Assembly: GCA_963737655.1 (NCBI GenBank)
Contig: CAVTTN010000002.1
Span: 6,784,001 to 6,848,000 of the forward strand
DNA: 64,000 nucleotides
Direction: 5' to 3'
DNA from: an uncultured Planctomycetota bacterium
GTDB taxonomy: Bacteria; Planctomycetota; Planctomycetia; Isosphaerales; Isosphaeraceae
Made by a program: the position numbers and the translations under genes. The stretch's first letter is position 1. Each line of letters opens with the position of its first letter. Positions 42,849 through 54,371 of this stretch are shown piece after piece. The notes under the pieces are model-generated. The model did not search any database. It had not been told where the DNA came from and saw only the letters and a list, made by a program, of their open reading frames with translations.

Positions 42849-43514
42849 TCAGGGGAGCAGGTCGGCCACTCGGACCCGGCCGACCTCTCGGCCGTCCAGG
42901 ACCACCGGCGCCTCGGCGTCGGCCTCGAAGAACGCGACCGACGTATAGACGCCCGCCGCCGGCGCGGAGTAGACCTCCAATCGCCGAGCCTGGATGTTGA
43001 GGAGCCAGTAGACCGGGATTTCTTCGACGGCGTAGGTCGCCGCCAGGGCCCGATCCTTGGAGAGCGTCGAGTCGGTGACCTCGACAACCAGCGGGACGTC
43101 GGCGGTCGTCGGCATCTTCGGGTTGTAGTCCCGGCAGCGCCCTCGGACGATTTTGACGTCGGGCTGGGGGACGCTGTCCGCCTTGCGAAAGGCGATGGGC
43201 ATCTCGGTCTCGGCGTCGAAGCCCTCGAGCCGAAGACCCTGGAATGCGTCGTAAATCGCCTTCACGCCCAGGCCGTGAGGTCGTTCGATGGTCATCCTCT
43301 GGCAGAGCCTCCCCTCCCACAGGTAGGCATGGCGGAACCCCTCGAATTCGTTGAAGAGGCCGGACTCGGTCAGCTTCTCATAGGCCGCCAAAGGGATCGG
43401 CCAGGGGATGTGGTCGGGAAGGGAGACGGCCGGCGCCGGGGGAGGCGTCGGGAGGGGAGGGGCGAGGCCCTCCGAGGGGGACGCCTCGGTCGCGGGCAGG
43501 GTCGCGGTGCTCAT
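42849..43514 (-). CDS. Uma2 family endonuclease
   Basis: PQPDV, LVVEVTDS, IPVYWLLN. Confidence 0.9.
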   Translation of the reverse strand: MSTATLPATEASPSEGLAPPLPTPPPAPAVSLPDHIPWPIPLAAYEKLTESGLFNEFEGFRHAYLWEGRLCQRMTIERPHGLGVKAIYDAFQGLRLEGFDAETEMPIAFRKADSVPQPDVKIVRGRCRDYNPKMPTTADVPLVVEVTDSTLSKDRALAATYAVEEIPVYWLLNIQARRLEVYSAPAAGVYTSVAFFEADAEAPVVLDGREVGRVRVADLLP

Positions 43515-43548
43515 GGCCGAGGGCCCTCGGAGGGTTCTCTGGAGGAAA

Positions 43549-45324
43549 TCAGCTCTTGATGATCTCCTTGACCGTCCCGCCGGCCGGGATCATCGGCAAC
43601 ACGTGCTCCTGATAGGGCACGAGGACGTCCAGGACGTACGGGCCGGGGTGCGCGATCATCTCCTTCAGGGCCGGCACCACGTCTTCCTTCTTGCGGACCT
43701 GCCGGGCCGCGATGCCGAACCCCTTGGAGATGGCCACGAAGTCGGGGTAGGTGACTTCGGGGAGGTCGCCCTCGCCGTGGCCGGTGTATTCGGGGTGCTC
43801 GATCGGCCCGAGGTAGGTGTGGCCGCGGTTGCCTCCGTGGAACCGGTCTTCCCACTGGACGACCATCCCGAGGTGCTGGTTGTTCAGGACGATGGTCTTG
43901 ACCGGCAGGCCCTCGCAGGCGACCGTGGCGAGCTCCTGGATGTTCATCACGAACGAGCCGTCGCCGTCGATGTTGACCACGAGGGCCTCGGGGAACGCCG
44001 CCTGGACGCCCATCGCCGAGGGGAGGCCGAACCCCATCGACCCCAGCCCGCCGGAGGTCACCCACGTCCTCGGCCGGACGAACTTCGTCCACTGCGCCGC
44101 GAACATCTGGTGCTGGCCGACCCCGGTGGTCATCAGGAAGTCGCCGCCGGTGATCTGCGAGAACATGTCCACGACATACTGGGGCAAGATCGCGTCGTCG
44201 CGCTGGTCATACGCCATCGGGTCGGCCGCCCGCCAGGCGTCCACCTGCTTGTGCCAGTCCCGGTAGTCGCCCGGCTCGACCCGGGGGTTCACGGCGACGA
44301 GGAACGTCTTCACGTCGGTGTGGATCGGGACGTGGGCGGCCTTGTTCTTGTTGATCTCCGACGCATCGATGTCCACGTGGACGATCCGGCCGTGCTTGGC
44401 GAACTCGGTGAGCTTGCCCGTCACCCGGTCGTCGAACCGGACGCCCAGCGCCAGGAGCAGATCGGCCTCGTTGATCGCCACGTTCGAATAGACCGTCCCG
44501 TGCATCCCGAGCATCCCGAGCGAGAGGTAATGGTCGCTGGGGATCGCGCCGAGGCCCTGCAAGGTCATGGCCACGGGGATCTTGGTCCTCTGGACGAATT
44601 CCAGGAGCTCGGCCGAGGCGTCGGAGGCGATCACGCCCCCTCCGCAATAGATGATCGGCCGCTTCGCCGTCTTGATCGCCGCCAGGGCGGCCTCGATCGA
44701 CTCGGCGGACGGGGGATCGGGCAGGCGGTAGCCGGGGAGGTCCATCGCCACGTCGTAATCGGGGTTCGGGATCAGCGTGTTCTGGATGTCCTTGGGCATG
44801 TCGATCAGGACCGGGCCGGGCCGCCCGGTGGAGGCGACGTGGAACGCCTCCTTGACGACCCGGGCGATGTCCCGCGCGTTCTGGACGAGGTAATGATGCT
44901 TGGTGATCGCCCGGCAGACCTCGACCATCGGGGTCTCCTGGAAGGCGTCGGTGCCGATGACCTTCGTCGGCACCTGGCCGGTGATGGCGACGATCGGGAG
45001 GCTGTCCATCTTCGCGTCGGCCAGGCCGGTCACCAGGTTCAGGGCGCCGGGGCCGCTGGTGGCCATCACGACGCCCGGCTTGCCGGTCACGCGGGCGTAC
45101 CCCTCGGCCGCGAAGATGCCGCCCTGCTCGTGGCGGGGGAGGATGGTGCGGACCTTGTCGCGATAGCGGGTCAGGGCCTGGTGCATCGGCATGCTCGCCC
45201 CGCCGGGGTAGGCGAACAGGACCTCGACGCCGTGCCGGACCAGGGACTCGACCAGGACGTCGGCCCCGGTGGTCGGCAGGCGCTGGGTCGTCGGCTCGGG
45301 GCGGGCGGTGTCGATGGTGGCCAC
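43549..45324 (-). CDS. ilvB: Acetolactate synthase large subunit
   Basis: YPGG, RHEQ, TSGPGA, GVGQHQM, DGDGSF. Confidence 0.95.
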   Translation of the reverse strand: MATIDTARPEPTTQRLPTTGADVLVESLVRHGVEVLFAYPGGASMPMHQALTRYRDKVRTILPRHEQGGIFAAEGYARVTGKPGVVMATSGPGALNLVTGLADAKMDSLPIVAITGQVPTKVIGTDAFQETPMVEVCRAITKHHYLVQNARDIARVVKEAFHVASTGRPGPVLIDMPKDIQNTLIPNPDYDVAMDLPGYRLPDPPSAESIEAALAAIKTAKRPIIYCGGGVIASDASAELLEFVQRTKIPVAMTLQGLGAIPSDHYLSLGMLGMHGTVYSNVAINEADLLLALGVRFDDRVTGKLTEFAKHGRIVHVDIDASEINKNKAAHVPIHTDVKTFLVAVNPRVEPGDYRDWHKQVDAWRAADPMAYDQRDDAILPQYVVDMFSQITGGDFLMTTGVGQHQMFAAQWTKFVRPRTWVTSGGLGSMGFGLPSAMGVQAAFPEALVVNIDGDGSFVMNIQELATVACEGLPVKTIVLNNQHLGMVVQWEDRFHGGNRGHTYLGPIEHPEYTGHGEGDLPEVTYPDFVAISKGFGIAARQVRKKEDVVPALKEMIAHPGPYVLDVLVPYQEHVLPMIPAGGTVKEIIKS

Positions 45325-45481
45325 GGCGGGAACCTCGGAAATCGGGCAAGGAAGGCGGCCCGGATCGTCCGGGGCCGCGCGAGAGAGTCCTCTATTGTAA
45401 CGTCGGCCCTCGGCGACGGACAATCATAACCATCGATCGGTTCGCGGTTTCCCAGGCCCCGAGTCCCGAGGCATCCCGCCC

Positions 45482-46276
45482 ATGACCTTCCCCCTGGCCC
45501 TCGCCGCCTTCCTGGCCGTCGCCCCCCTCGCCGAGTCCCGATTCTTCGTCATGGACACGGCCTTCGGCGACCTGCCCTGGGCCGAGATCAAGGCGACCGG
45601 GTTCGAGGGCGTGAGCCTGGACATCAACCGCGGCTTGCCCTTGAAGGAACTGGACGCCGCCGGCCTCCGGCTCGACGCCATCTACGCCGGGATCGACATC
45701 GACACCGGCGCCGGCTCCGAGGCGGTCGCCAGGGCGATGGACGCCCTGAAGGGCCGGCCGACGATCGTCTGGGTCACGCTCTCCGGCGCAAAGCTCAAGC
45801 CCTCCGACCCTTCGGGCGACGAGGCCGCACTGGCCCGGCTCCGCCCCCTGGCCGAGAAGGCCCGCGAAGCCGGCCTGAAGCTGGCGATCTATCCCCACGT
45901 CGGCTTCTGGGCCGAACGCGTGGAGGACGCGGTTCGGGTCGCCGACAGGCTCGACCGCCCCGAGGTCGGCGTGACGTTCAACCTCTGCCACTTCCTCAAG
46001 AAGGATAAGCCCGAGAACCTGGAGACCAGGCTCAAGGCCGCCCTGCCTCGTCTGTTCGTCGTCACGATCAACGGCGCCGATACCGACGGCACGGACTGGG
46101 ACCGGCTGATCCAACCCCTGGACCGCGGCTCGTTCGACGTCCGCCGGGTGTTGAGGGTTCTCCAGGAAGGCCATTTCGCCGGGCCGATCGGCGTGCAGGG
46201 CTTCGGCGTCCCGGGCGACAAGAAGACGAATCTGGAACGCTCCATGCGAGCATGGAACAAGCTGTCGAGTGAATGA
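45482..46276 (+). CDS. Sugar phosphate isomerase/epimerase (TIM barrel)
   Basis: IYPH, FNLCH, GSFDV motifs; possible signal peptide. Confidence 0.8.
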   Translation: MTFPLALAAFLAVAPLAESRFFVMDTAFGDLPWAEIKATGFEGVSLDINRGLPLKELDAAGLRLDAIYAGIDIDTGAGSEAVARAMDALKGRPTIVWVTLSGAKLKPSDPSGDEAALARLRPLAEKAREAGLKLAIYPHVGFWAERVEDAVRVADRLDRPEVGVTFNLCHFLKKDKPENLETRLKAALPRLFVVTINGADTDGTDWDRLIQPLDRGSFDVRRVLRVLQEGHFAGPIGVQGFGVPGDKKTNLERSMRAWNKLSSE

Positions 46277-46284
46277 ATGTCTCC

Positions 46285-46473
46285 GTATGGTGCATGCGAT
46301 GTACCGTTATGTAGGGTGCATGAAATGCACCAACCACGAGGCGGCCAACGGCCGCCTTCCTCCAGGTCGAATCTCGGTCCTCCGGGTCGAATCGCGGACG
46401 GATCGGAGATGGGAGGCCGCCTGGCTGGTGCATTTCATGCACCCTACATGAGGGTGCATTTCATGCACCCTAC
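46285..46473. repeat. GTAG-type REP cluster (REPIN-like)
   Basis: GTAGGGTGCATGAAATGCACC at 46311, inverted copies at 46427 and 46453, degenerate copy at 46285. Confidence 0.9.
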
Positions 46474-47054
46474 GTGAGCGAATCGGCGGGGATCGGTTCC
46501 TTGACGAGCGGGCCGTTCGCGGTGGGGAGCGAGGATGGCGAGGCGTCCAGGCTTGCCCAGATCCCCACTCCGATCAACGAGGCGCCCAGGGTGAAGACCA
46601 GGGCCGTCATCACCATCGGCCCGACCGATCCGCCCTGGAACGACTCGGCCGGCAGGTTGAAATTGATGTTCATGCCGTTCTGGGCCGACCTCTTCAGCGC
46701 GTCGAGCATCTCCAGCCCTGGTGACCTGGCGGTCCAGGCCAGCAGGAGCGACCCGAGGGAGCAGAGCGTCCCGCAGACGATCATCGCCATGGCGATCGGC
46801 GGGGCCGGCTTCGTCTTCGACCGATTCAGGGCGGCGATCAGCCCGCCCACGCCCCTCTGCACCGGGCCGATCACGGCGATCGTCAGGAAGAACAGGATCG
46901 TCCCGCAGGTCACCATCTGCGGGCTCGGGCTCTCGTCGTTGAAACGCATCTGGGTCGGGTATCCCGCGGCCGAGGTCATCGGCTTCGCCCCCAGGAACCC
47001 GACGGCCGCACCCAGGGCCAGGCTCAGGAACGCTTTCTGAAGGAATCTGAACAT
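46470..47054 (-). CDS. Hypothetical membrane protein
   Basis: Four hydrophobic segments. Confidence 0.75.
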   Translation of the reverse strand: MFRFLQKAFLSLALGAAVGFLGAKPMTSAAGYPTQMRFNDESPSPQMVTCGTILFFLTIAVIGPVQRGVGGLIAALNRSKTKPAPPIAMAMIVCGTLCSLGSLLLAWTARSPGLEMLDALKRSAQNGMNINFNLPAESFQGGSVGPMVMTALVFTLGASLIGVGIWASLDASPSSLPTANGPLVKEPIPADSLT

Positions 47055-47290
47055 GATCGCAACCTTTCGCCTCGGCGGACGGTCCAGGCCCCTGACGTCC
47101 CGACCCTCCGGGACTCGACCGGGCATTCGCCGCCGGGGCCCGAGTATTCTCCCCGAATCGTCGCCATCGATGAAGAAAAAATCCCGGGTTCTTGGTCCGG
47201 AGTGGGTGGTCGCCGGTCGGTTTCTGATAGGATCGCGACCCCGGCCCGATCGATTCGCCAAGAACCTCGAAATCGCGGGATGAACGCCCG

Positions 47291-48109
47291 ATGCCGGCCT
47301 TCCAGGGAAAGACCGCCCTCGTGACCGGCGCCTCGGCCGGGATCGGCCGGGAGATCGTCCGCCAGCTCGTCCGGGACCGGGGGATGACCGTCCTGGCGAC
47401 GGCCCGGCGGCTCGATCGTCTGGAATCGCTGGCCTCCGAGCTCCCTCCGGGCCGCGTCCTCGTCCTGGCCGGCGACCTGGCCGACCCGGCGTTTCGGGCG
47501 AGGCTCTGGGAGACGGCCGAATCGACCTTCCTCGGCGGCCCCGACCTCCTCATTAACAACGCCGGACTCGGGGCTTACGGCGATTTCGAGAATCAAGATC
47601 CCGAGCGGTGGCGGGCGATCGTCGAGGTCAACCTGATGGCCCTGATGGACCTCTCGGCGCGGGCCATCCGGTCGATGAAGGCCCGAGGGTCCGGCCAGAT
47701 CCTCCAGATCTCCTCGATCCTCGGGTTCGTGGGGATTCCCTACTCGGCCGCCTATGTGGCGACGAAGCACGCGGTCAACGGGCTGGTCAAGTCGCTCCGC
47801 TACGAGCTCCGGGGGACCGGCGTGAGGGTCTGGGCGGCCTGCCCGGGTCGGACCGAGAGCGAGTTCGCCAGCGTGGCGGTCGGCGAACCGGGCCGGCCGG
47901 GCCGCGGTCCCCGGGGAGAATCGACCGAACGGATCGCGCGGAACATCGTCCGGGGCCTGGACTTCCGATCCGGGTTCCTGATGCCAAGCGGGACGGCCCG
48001 GACGTTCGTGACGCTCGCCCACTGGCTGCCCGGCCCGTTCGAGATGTTCATGCAACGCTGGGCGCCGGGCTACTTTCGACGGGAGATCGAGCGGACCCGC
48101 CTGGGTTGA
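47291..48109 (+). CDS. SDR family oxidoreductase
   Basis: TGASAGIG, NNAG, YVATK. Confidence 0.95.
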   Translation: MPAFQGKTALVTGASAGIGREIVRQLVRDRGMTVLATARRLDRLESLASELPPGRVLVLAGDLADPAFRARLWETAESTFLGGPDLLINNAGLGAYGDFENQDPERWRAIVEVNLMALMDLSARAIRSMKARGSGQILQISSILGFVGIPYSAAYVATKHAVNGLVKSLRYELRGTGVRVWAACPGRTESEFASVAVGEPGRPGRGPRGESTERIARNIVRGLDFRSGFLMPSGTARTFVTLAHWLPGPFEMFMQRWAPGYFRREIERTRLG

Positions 48110-48141
48110 CCCTCCCGCGGGATCGGGCCGGGGCCGTCCCG

Positions 48142-48435
48142 TTACATGGGGACTTTTTCGGACCGGACGAAGTGGTTCCCCTTCCCCCTGGCCTTCAGCG
48201 AGGCGGCGAAGGCCTCGGCCTCGGCCTTCTCGGGATAGTCGAAGGTGCGGATGGTCCGACCCCCCAGGTCGCAGACCGACCAGACGACCTTCATCCGGGT
48301 TGCGGCCTCGGGCTTGGCCCGGCGTTCAGTCGATTCGGCCCGGGGCTTCCGCTCGGGAGGGGTGTTGAGGCCCAGGGCCTCGGCGGCCTCGACCTGGGCC
48401 CGGAGCTCTCGGAGGTTCAGGGTTCGTCGTGCCAT
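48142..48435 (-). CDS. Small basic hypothetical protein
   Basis: MARRTLNLRELRAQ...RMKVVWSV ORF with host-like codon usage. Confidence 0.75.
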   Translation of the reverse strand: MARRTLNLRELRAQVEAAEALGLNTPPERKPRAESTERRAKPEAATRMKVVWSVCDLGGRTIRTFDYPEKAEAEAFAASLKARGKGNHFVRSEKVPM

Positions 48436-48615
48436 CAGGGGAAAGGTCCGAAGGCGCCGTAACGGGAGGGGGCCGACACTCACGGGCATTCTACGGCCTC
48501 AACCGGGACGTTCAAGCGAGATCGGCGGGGAGGAAGATGGCGACGGATCGACGTTCGCCGCAAAAATCGATCCGACCCTGCGCTGGAGAAGACCCGGATC
48601 GAAGAGGTGGATCGA

Positions 48616-48683
48616 GTAGGTCCGACTTCAGTCGGGCCTACAAAGATGCGGAGCTTTGCAGGCCCGACTGAAGTCGGACCTAC
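48616..48683. repeat. GTAG-type REP doublet (second sequence type)
   Basis: GTAGGTCCGACTTCAGTCGGGCC / GGCCCGACTGAAGTCGGACCTAC perfect IR. Confidence 0.88.
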
Positions 48684-48740
48684 TCGTTTCCTCATTCTCA
48701 ATGGGTTTTCTACAGGTCCATCCGACCCCATTCGTCCGCC

Positions 48741-49703
48741 TCACGCCGGCAGTCGGTAGAGCGTGGAGGAATCGACGACCTCGAAACCCAGGCTGGCGTA
48801 AAGCCCGAGGGCGGCGGCGTTTTCGGCCGAGGTCTGGGCGGCGAGGATGTCCGTGTTCTGTTCCCGGACGTGCCGGAGGATCTCGCCGACGAGGTGCCGG
48901 CCGAACCCCTTGCGCCTCAGGGACGGCTCGACCTCCAGCGCCACCAGGGCGGTCCGGGACCGGCCGTCGAGCACGGCGAACCCCCCGGCGATGTCCCAGG
49001 TCCAGGCGCGGGCCACGACCTGATTGAGCGATTTCTCGACCAGCTCGAACCGCGAGGGGCGGAACAGGCCCAGCGCCAGGGCGTCCCACCAGCCGGGCAT
49101 CTTCGCGTCCTCGGCCACGACCAGGCGGACCTGGCGGCGGAGCAGGGGGGTCTTGGGGTCTCGCGGCTCGGCCCGGGAGAGGTCCGCCTCGAACAGGGTC
49201 GTCCGGGCCACCGGCTCGAACCCCGCCCCGGCCGCCGCCCGGGCGAAGCTGGCGTGCGAGTCGAGCACGCCGGCAAACTCGCTCCCGCCGTAAATCCCCC
49301 AGTAAAATGGGTTTAGCGGCCACTGACCGCCCGCGTAGACGACCTGGGCCCCTTTCGATCGCAGGTACGCGAGGGCGGTGGCCATCAGCCCGGCCTCGAG
49401 GTCCGGGTCGTCCCGGCCGGGTTCGACGACCAGCATGGCCACGGTCCCCATCGTCAGGTCGAGCCGGAGCGACGGACCGGCCGGCTCCTCGGGGCCGAAC
49501 CCGGCGTGGGCGAAGCCGACGACCTGACCGGCCTCCTCGCCCACGATCAGCCCTTGCCGGTCAAACCCCAGCTTGCCCATCACGAGGGTGTCGAACTCGT
49601 GGGGCGACAACGGCCGGACGACGCTCCGGGTCGGGAGCCCCCGGTTCCAGAGGTCCGCCAGGAACGGCGGGTCGTCGTTGCGAAAGGCGCGGAAGGTCGT
49701 CAC
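48741..49703 (-). CDS. GNAT family N-acetyltransferase
   Basis: RRKGFGRHL, NAAALGLYASLGF. Confidence 0.88.
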   Translation of the reverse strand: MTTFRAFRNDDPPFLADLWNRGLPTRSVVRPLSPHEFDTLVMGKLGFDRQGLIVGEEAGQVVGFAHAGFGPEEPAGPSLRLDLTMGTVAMLVVEPGRDDPDLEAGLMATALAYLRSKGAQVVYAGGQWPLNPFYWGIYGGSEFAGVLDSHASFARAAAGAGFEPVARTTLFEADLSRAEPRDPKTPLLRRQVRLVVAEDAKMPGWWDALALGLFRPSRFELVEKSLNQVVARAWTWDIAGGFAVLDGRSRTALVALEVEPSLRRKGFGRHLVGEILRHVREQNTDILAAQTSAENAAALGLYASLGFEVVDSSTLYRLPA

Positions 49704-49823
49704 CGGAGGGGCTGCTTCGCTCCAGAGGAACCGAGACGCCCCAGGGGGGGATGGCGACCCGGGGAGGTGGAACGGAACGGGACAGGACAAAATAGGATGT
49801 TCGGGCGAAGGGGAGAGCGGGAA

Positions 49824-50138
49824 TCAGGGGACGGCCACCAGGACGTCCCGGCCTTCGATCTTCACCTCGTAGACCGGTTGCTGGATCTTCCGATGGATCG
49901 GCGAGGCGCCCGAGACGATGTCGAAGGACCATCCATGCCAGGGGCAGGTCACGCACGTCCCATCCAGAGGGCCGTCGGCCAGGGGGCCCCCCTGATGGGG
50001 GCAAATCCCGTCGATCGCCCGGACCGTCTCGGACCCATCCAGACGAAACAACGCATAAATGCGGCCGTCGTGCTCGACCTCCTTCGCCCGGCCCGGCGGG
50101 ATCTCGTCCAGGGTGGCGAGCTTGACGAAACCCGGCAT
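49824..50138 (-). CDS. Rieske 2Fe-2S ferredoxin
   Basis: CPHQGG, CPWHGW. Confidence 0.93.
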   Translation of the reverse strand: MPGFVKLATLDEIPPGRAKEVEHDGRIYALFRLDGSETVRAIDGICPHQGGPLADGPLDGTCVTCPWHGWSFDIVSGASPIHRKIQQPVYEVKIEGRDVLVAVP

Positions 50139-50347
50139 CCCCACGATCCCCCTCCAGATCAAGAACTAGCAGCTTCGATCATAACCGCGCGAACCGGCGC
50201 CGACCAGACCGTGCCGATCCGCCGCCCTTTTCGGGAATCATCCGATCCCAGGCCCTCCGGCGATCGCCGATTCCACCATCGATCGCCCCGACCGCCTACA
50301 CTGACCCGGAGGACGGGCAGCGGACCGGCGGCGAGGGTCGTGAGCTC

Positions 50348-51918
50348 ATGGCGGACGAGGGTGTTTTCGACCTGATCGTCGTCGGGGGAGGGATCGGCGG
50401 CCTGGCCTCCGCCGCCCTGGCTCAGCGAGCCGGACTCCGGTGCGCCTTGCTCGAAGCCCATACCAAATTAGGGGGTTGCGCCGGATACTTCGGCCGGGGA
50501 CCGTACCATTTCGACGCCGGGGCCACCGCCCTGATGGGCCTCGGGGCCGGCGAACCTCTGGGCGACCTGCTCGCCGCGATCGGCGCCGATTTCCAGGCCA
50601 TCCCAAGCCCCGGCTATCGCGTCAGCCTCCCAGACCGCGAACTCACCATCGTCCCCGACGACCTCGACTTCGAATCGGCCTCGGCTTCGGCCTTTCCGGG
50701 ACAAATACGGTCAAAAAATGCGTTCTGGAGGCTCCAGGCCGCCGTCGGCCGGACCCTTTTCGAGGTTGCGACCAGGGTTCCGAGGCTCCCGATCCGCTCC
50801 CCGGGGGACCTCGTCTATGATTTGCAAATCCTCGGCCTGTCGGGACTTCTGGCGGCGTCGTCCTGGCGCTCACGGTCCGCGACGTCCTGCGAATGCTGGG
50901 AATCTTCGGCGACGTTCCGTTTCGATCGCTTGTGGCGATGCTCTTGCAGGACACGGCCCAGGGCGGTCCCGAGACGGTCCCGTTCGCCAACGCATCGGCA
51001 TGCCTCCAGGCATACCGAGCCGGGATGAGCCGGCCGGTTGGAGGGATGCAGGCGCTGGCCGAGGGGATCGGCTCGCGGTTCTCGGCGATGGGCGGAGACT
51101 TGCGGGTCGCCTCGAAGGTCGATCGGGTCGAGGCCGTCGATTCGGAAGGGTTCGTCGTCAAAACCCGTCGCCGTCAGGAGATCAGGACGCGACAGGTCGC
51201 CTTCAACCTCCCCCTGGACCTCGCCGCCGGCCTGCTCGGACGGCCTCTGATAGGCCGGCTTGCTCGCCGGGAGAGGCAATCGCGGGCCTCGTGGAGCGCC
51301 TTCACGGGCTACCTGGCGATCCGTCGATCCGCCGTGCCCGACGACGGCCCTTTGTTTCATCAAGTCCTTCAGCATTATGAACTTCCGATCCACGACGGCA
51401 ACAACGTCCTGATCTCCCTCTCCCCGCCCGACGACCCGGGATACGGCCCCCCCGAGGTCCGCATCGCCACGATGTCCACCCACACCCGCCCGGCGGATTG
51501 GGACGGCCTCGACCGCCCTGCTTATGAGGCGAAAAAGGCCGATTATCAGGCCCGGATGGTCGCCGCACTCCGCCAGGCCCTCCCGGATGCCCCGGATTCC
51601 CTCGTTCACGCCGAATTCGCATCTCCCCGGAGTTTCGCCCGTTATACGCGGAGGTGCCTTGGGGCCGTCGGGGGGCCTCCGGTGTCTCGACGCAACAGCA
51701 ACTTCCTCGCGGTCGGCTCGGACGTGCTCGGGCCGGGCCTCTGGGTCGTCGGCGACTCGGTCTTCCCCGGCCAGGGCACGATGGCGGTCGTCCTCTCGGC
51801 CATCCGGGTCGTCGAGCGGATCACCGGCCGTCGCTGGGCCGATCTCGCCGGCAAGCCTCCCTGTTTTACCCAGACGCCCGAGGCTGCCGAGGCTGGAGTT
51901 CCGGGGAAAGTGCCGTGA
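50348..51918 (+). CDS. Phytoene desaturase family (CrtD-like) FAD oxidoreductase, frameshift near 50870
   Basis: GGGIGG, LGGCAGYF, FDAGAT; GGMQAL and VGDSVFPGQG in the second frame. Confidence 0.85.
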
Positions 51919-51946
51919 AGTGGCCCTGTCGAAGACCCCAGGAGGC

Positions 51947-52038
51947 TCACCACGAAGCCACGAAGGAAGACACAAAGGCATCGGTGAATTCGGGTCGTCT
52001 TTGTGTCTTCCTTCGTGCTCTTCGTGGCTTCGTGGTGA
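51947..52038. repeat. Palindrome with CACGAAG subrepeats
   Basis: TCACCACGAAGCCACGAAG...CTTCGTGGCTTCGTGGTGA. Confidence 0.85.
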
Positions 52039-52138
52039 ATCGGGGTCGGCCCTGGAGTCGTTTTCTCCAGAGAGGGGTAAAGTAGTTCTGCGAGATCAGA
52101 TCGGTCGTTCCTCGATCCTCCTCCGAGAGTGACTCCCC

Positions 52139-52831
52139 ATGCTCGATGCCCTGGTGGTCGCCCCTCATCCCGATGACGCCGAGCTGGGCATGGGCGGGAC
52201 GATCGTCCGCCTGATGGCGGGCGGCTGGAAGGTCGGCATCCTGGACCTGACCAGCGGCGAGCCCACGCCGTTGGGTTCGCCCGCCACCCGCCGGGCCGAG
52301 ACGGCCGCCGCCACCGAGGCCCTCGGCGGCCCCTGGCGAGACAACCTGGGACTTCCTAACCGCAACCTGGAACCGACCTTGGAGCATCGCCGCGCCGTCG
52401 CCTCGGTGTTCCGCAAGGTCCGCCCCCGGCTGCTGTTCGCCCCGTTCTGGGAAGACGCCCACCCCGACCACACCGCCGCCACCCAGCTCGTCGAGGCCGC
52501 CCGATTCTGGGCCAAGCTCTCCAAGTCCGACATCCCCGGCGAGCCGTTCCACCCCTCTCGGATCCTTTATTATTTCAGCGTCCATTTGAAGATCGTCGAA
52601 CGCCCGAGCTTTCTGGTGGACATCAGCGATCAAAACGAAACCAAGATGAACTCCCTGCGGTGCTATCGTTCGCAACTGGTGGACAACGTCCCGGAAGGCA
52701 AGCCCGGGGTGATCGACTCGGTGGCGGACCGCTCGCGGTTCTGGGGCCATGTCGTCGGAGTCCGCCACGCCGAGCCGTTCGCCAGCCGGGAGCCGATCGG
52801 CCTCTCGGGCCTGGATTCGCTTCTGCTATGA
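52139..52831 (+). CDS. bshB1: Bacillithiol biosynthesis deacetylase BshB1-like
   Basis: APHPDDAELGMGG, DLTSGE, HPDH, AEPF. Confidence 0.85.
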   Translation: MLDALVVAPHPDDAELGMGGTIVRLMAGGWKVGILDLTSGEPTPLGSPATRRAETAAATEALGGPWRDNLGLPNRNLEPTLEHRRAVASVFRKVRPRLLFAPFWEDAHPDHTAATQLVEAARFWAKLSKSDIPGEPFHPSRILYYFSVHLKIVERPSFLVDISDQNETKMNSLRCYRSQLVDNVPEGKPGVIDSVADRSRFWGHVVGVRHAEPFASREPIGLSGLDSLLL

Positions 52832-53420
52832 AAAACCGACCAGGATCGGGCAAAGGGATTCGCATCGGCACCGCGGTTCGCGGCGGGCCTGTGAGGAGGA
52901 GTATCGGGACGACGGGCCGAGGCGATCGCGCGAAATCCCGGGAGGGACGACGGCCCGTCCCCCGAGGCGCCCGATCGCGGAGCCGGGGTGTCCACGAATC
53001 CGGGCCGATTCGCGGCTCGCGCTCGGATTTTTTGATCTGATCGAACCCTCAGCCCGGTCATGACTTGCGATCTTGAAATCCATGATTCCAGAAATGTGGT
53101 GAAATCCGCGCGCACGAGTCGTTGCGCACCAGCAAACGGCCGGATTTCCGCCCTTCCGTGAATTTTGGGCGAAAAAGTGTAGTCAAGTTCTGAAGCAACA
53201 GGAAATTCGCATAATTCATTAAAATGAAATATTCAAGGATTGTCGCCGTCGAAGACTGCAAGGGATCTCGGAAACCGCAGATTGTGCAGATTGCGCAGAT
53301 TATCAATAAATAGTAAATCTATAAGTCTGTTTTTGGTTTAGCGGACCCCCACTCTCCTCCGGGGGCGACGGTTCGCGGACGACCCCGCCACCCGGTCGGG
53401 CTGGGGGGCGGCCCCGGGGG

Positions 53421-54275
53421 TCAACGGCCCCGGGGTCCGGCCGGATCGATGTTCGGTCTACGAAGATCCGACATGTGTTCGATCGTCCAGCCCTTCGGGA
53501 TTTCGGTGGCGAAGTAACCGGCGGGGACCTCCGGATTCACCTCGATCGTCTCGAATCGGATGGTGCGGGACTGATGACCTCCGGCGTTGGCCTTCACGGT
53601 CCGGGGCAGGAGGGTGGCCTTGTCGAGAGTGACCTCTGCGAGCGGGGCCACCCAGACTTCGGGCCGTCCTCGAGCGGCGAAACGCAGGACGTATTGCGTC
53701 GGCGTCTCTTCCATCAGGTCGATCCGGTAGCGGCGGAGGGCGGACTCGACGTCCATCGTCAGGAAGAGAGAGGGGCCATCGGGGTCGAGCAGGTCGAGCG
53801 GCTCCGCGAAGATTGCGTAGTTGAGTTCGGAAAAAATGCCATCGACCGATCGCGCGGCCCGATCCCGTTCGTCGCGGTCCATGGCCTGAAAAATCCACAC
53901 ATGATGAGATTTTCCGTCCAAATGGGTCATTTTATGGTCATTTAAGGAAAGGCGAGCGATCAGGCGAGGCGTCCCTCCCCGCTCGTCGGCGAGGTCGAGC
54001 CGGGCCTTGTCGCGGCCATGCCAGGCGTACCAGCCGCGGAGACGCTCCGTCCGATCGAAGGCCGGGTCGCGGTTTTCGACGGCGAAACGGGCCCGGATCG
54101 ACCGGACCTCGGCGGATTTCCGGGCCCATCGGGCGAGCACGTCGTCGCGGACCGTCGCGGCGTTCGGGTCGGAGGGGGCCGGGAGGTCGGGGACGACCGC
54201 CTCCACGCCGCAGCCCTGGACGATGCCGGGGATCATGCCGAGGAGCGACCAGGAAACGACCTTCCACATCGGCAT
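53421..54275 (-). CDS. Putative lipoprotein, possible LolA-like fold
   Basis: VQGC lipobox-like; C-terminal F..IEVNPEVP...F...PKGW pattern. Confidence 0.65.
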   Translation of the reverse strand: MPMWKVVSWSLLGMIPGIVQGCGVEAVVPDLPAPSDPNAATVRDDVLARWARKSAEVRSIRARFAVENRDPAFDRTERLRGWYAWHGRDKARLDLADERGGTPRLIARLSLNDHKMTHLDGKSHHVWIFQAMDRDERDRAARSVDGIFSELNYAIFAEPLDLLDPDGPSLFLTMDVESALRRYRIDLMEETPTQYVLRFAARGRPEVWVAPLAEVTLDKATLLPRTVKANAGGHQSRTIRFETIEVNPEVPAGYFATEIPKGWTIEHMSDLRRPNIDPAGPRGR

Positions 54276-54371
54276 CTCCTTCCCGATCGTGTCAGGGACC
54301 GAGTCTCCGACGACGGCCGAATCTGGAGGTCCGATCGATATCAGAATCCGGCCCGCGCGACCAGAGGGATT

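Noticed and set aside
21933..45429. Long antisense or alternate-frame ORFs (e.g. 21933-24707, 25328-28141, 34932-38246, 43408-45429)
   Set aside because: Shadows of real genes in high-GC DNA
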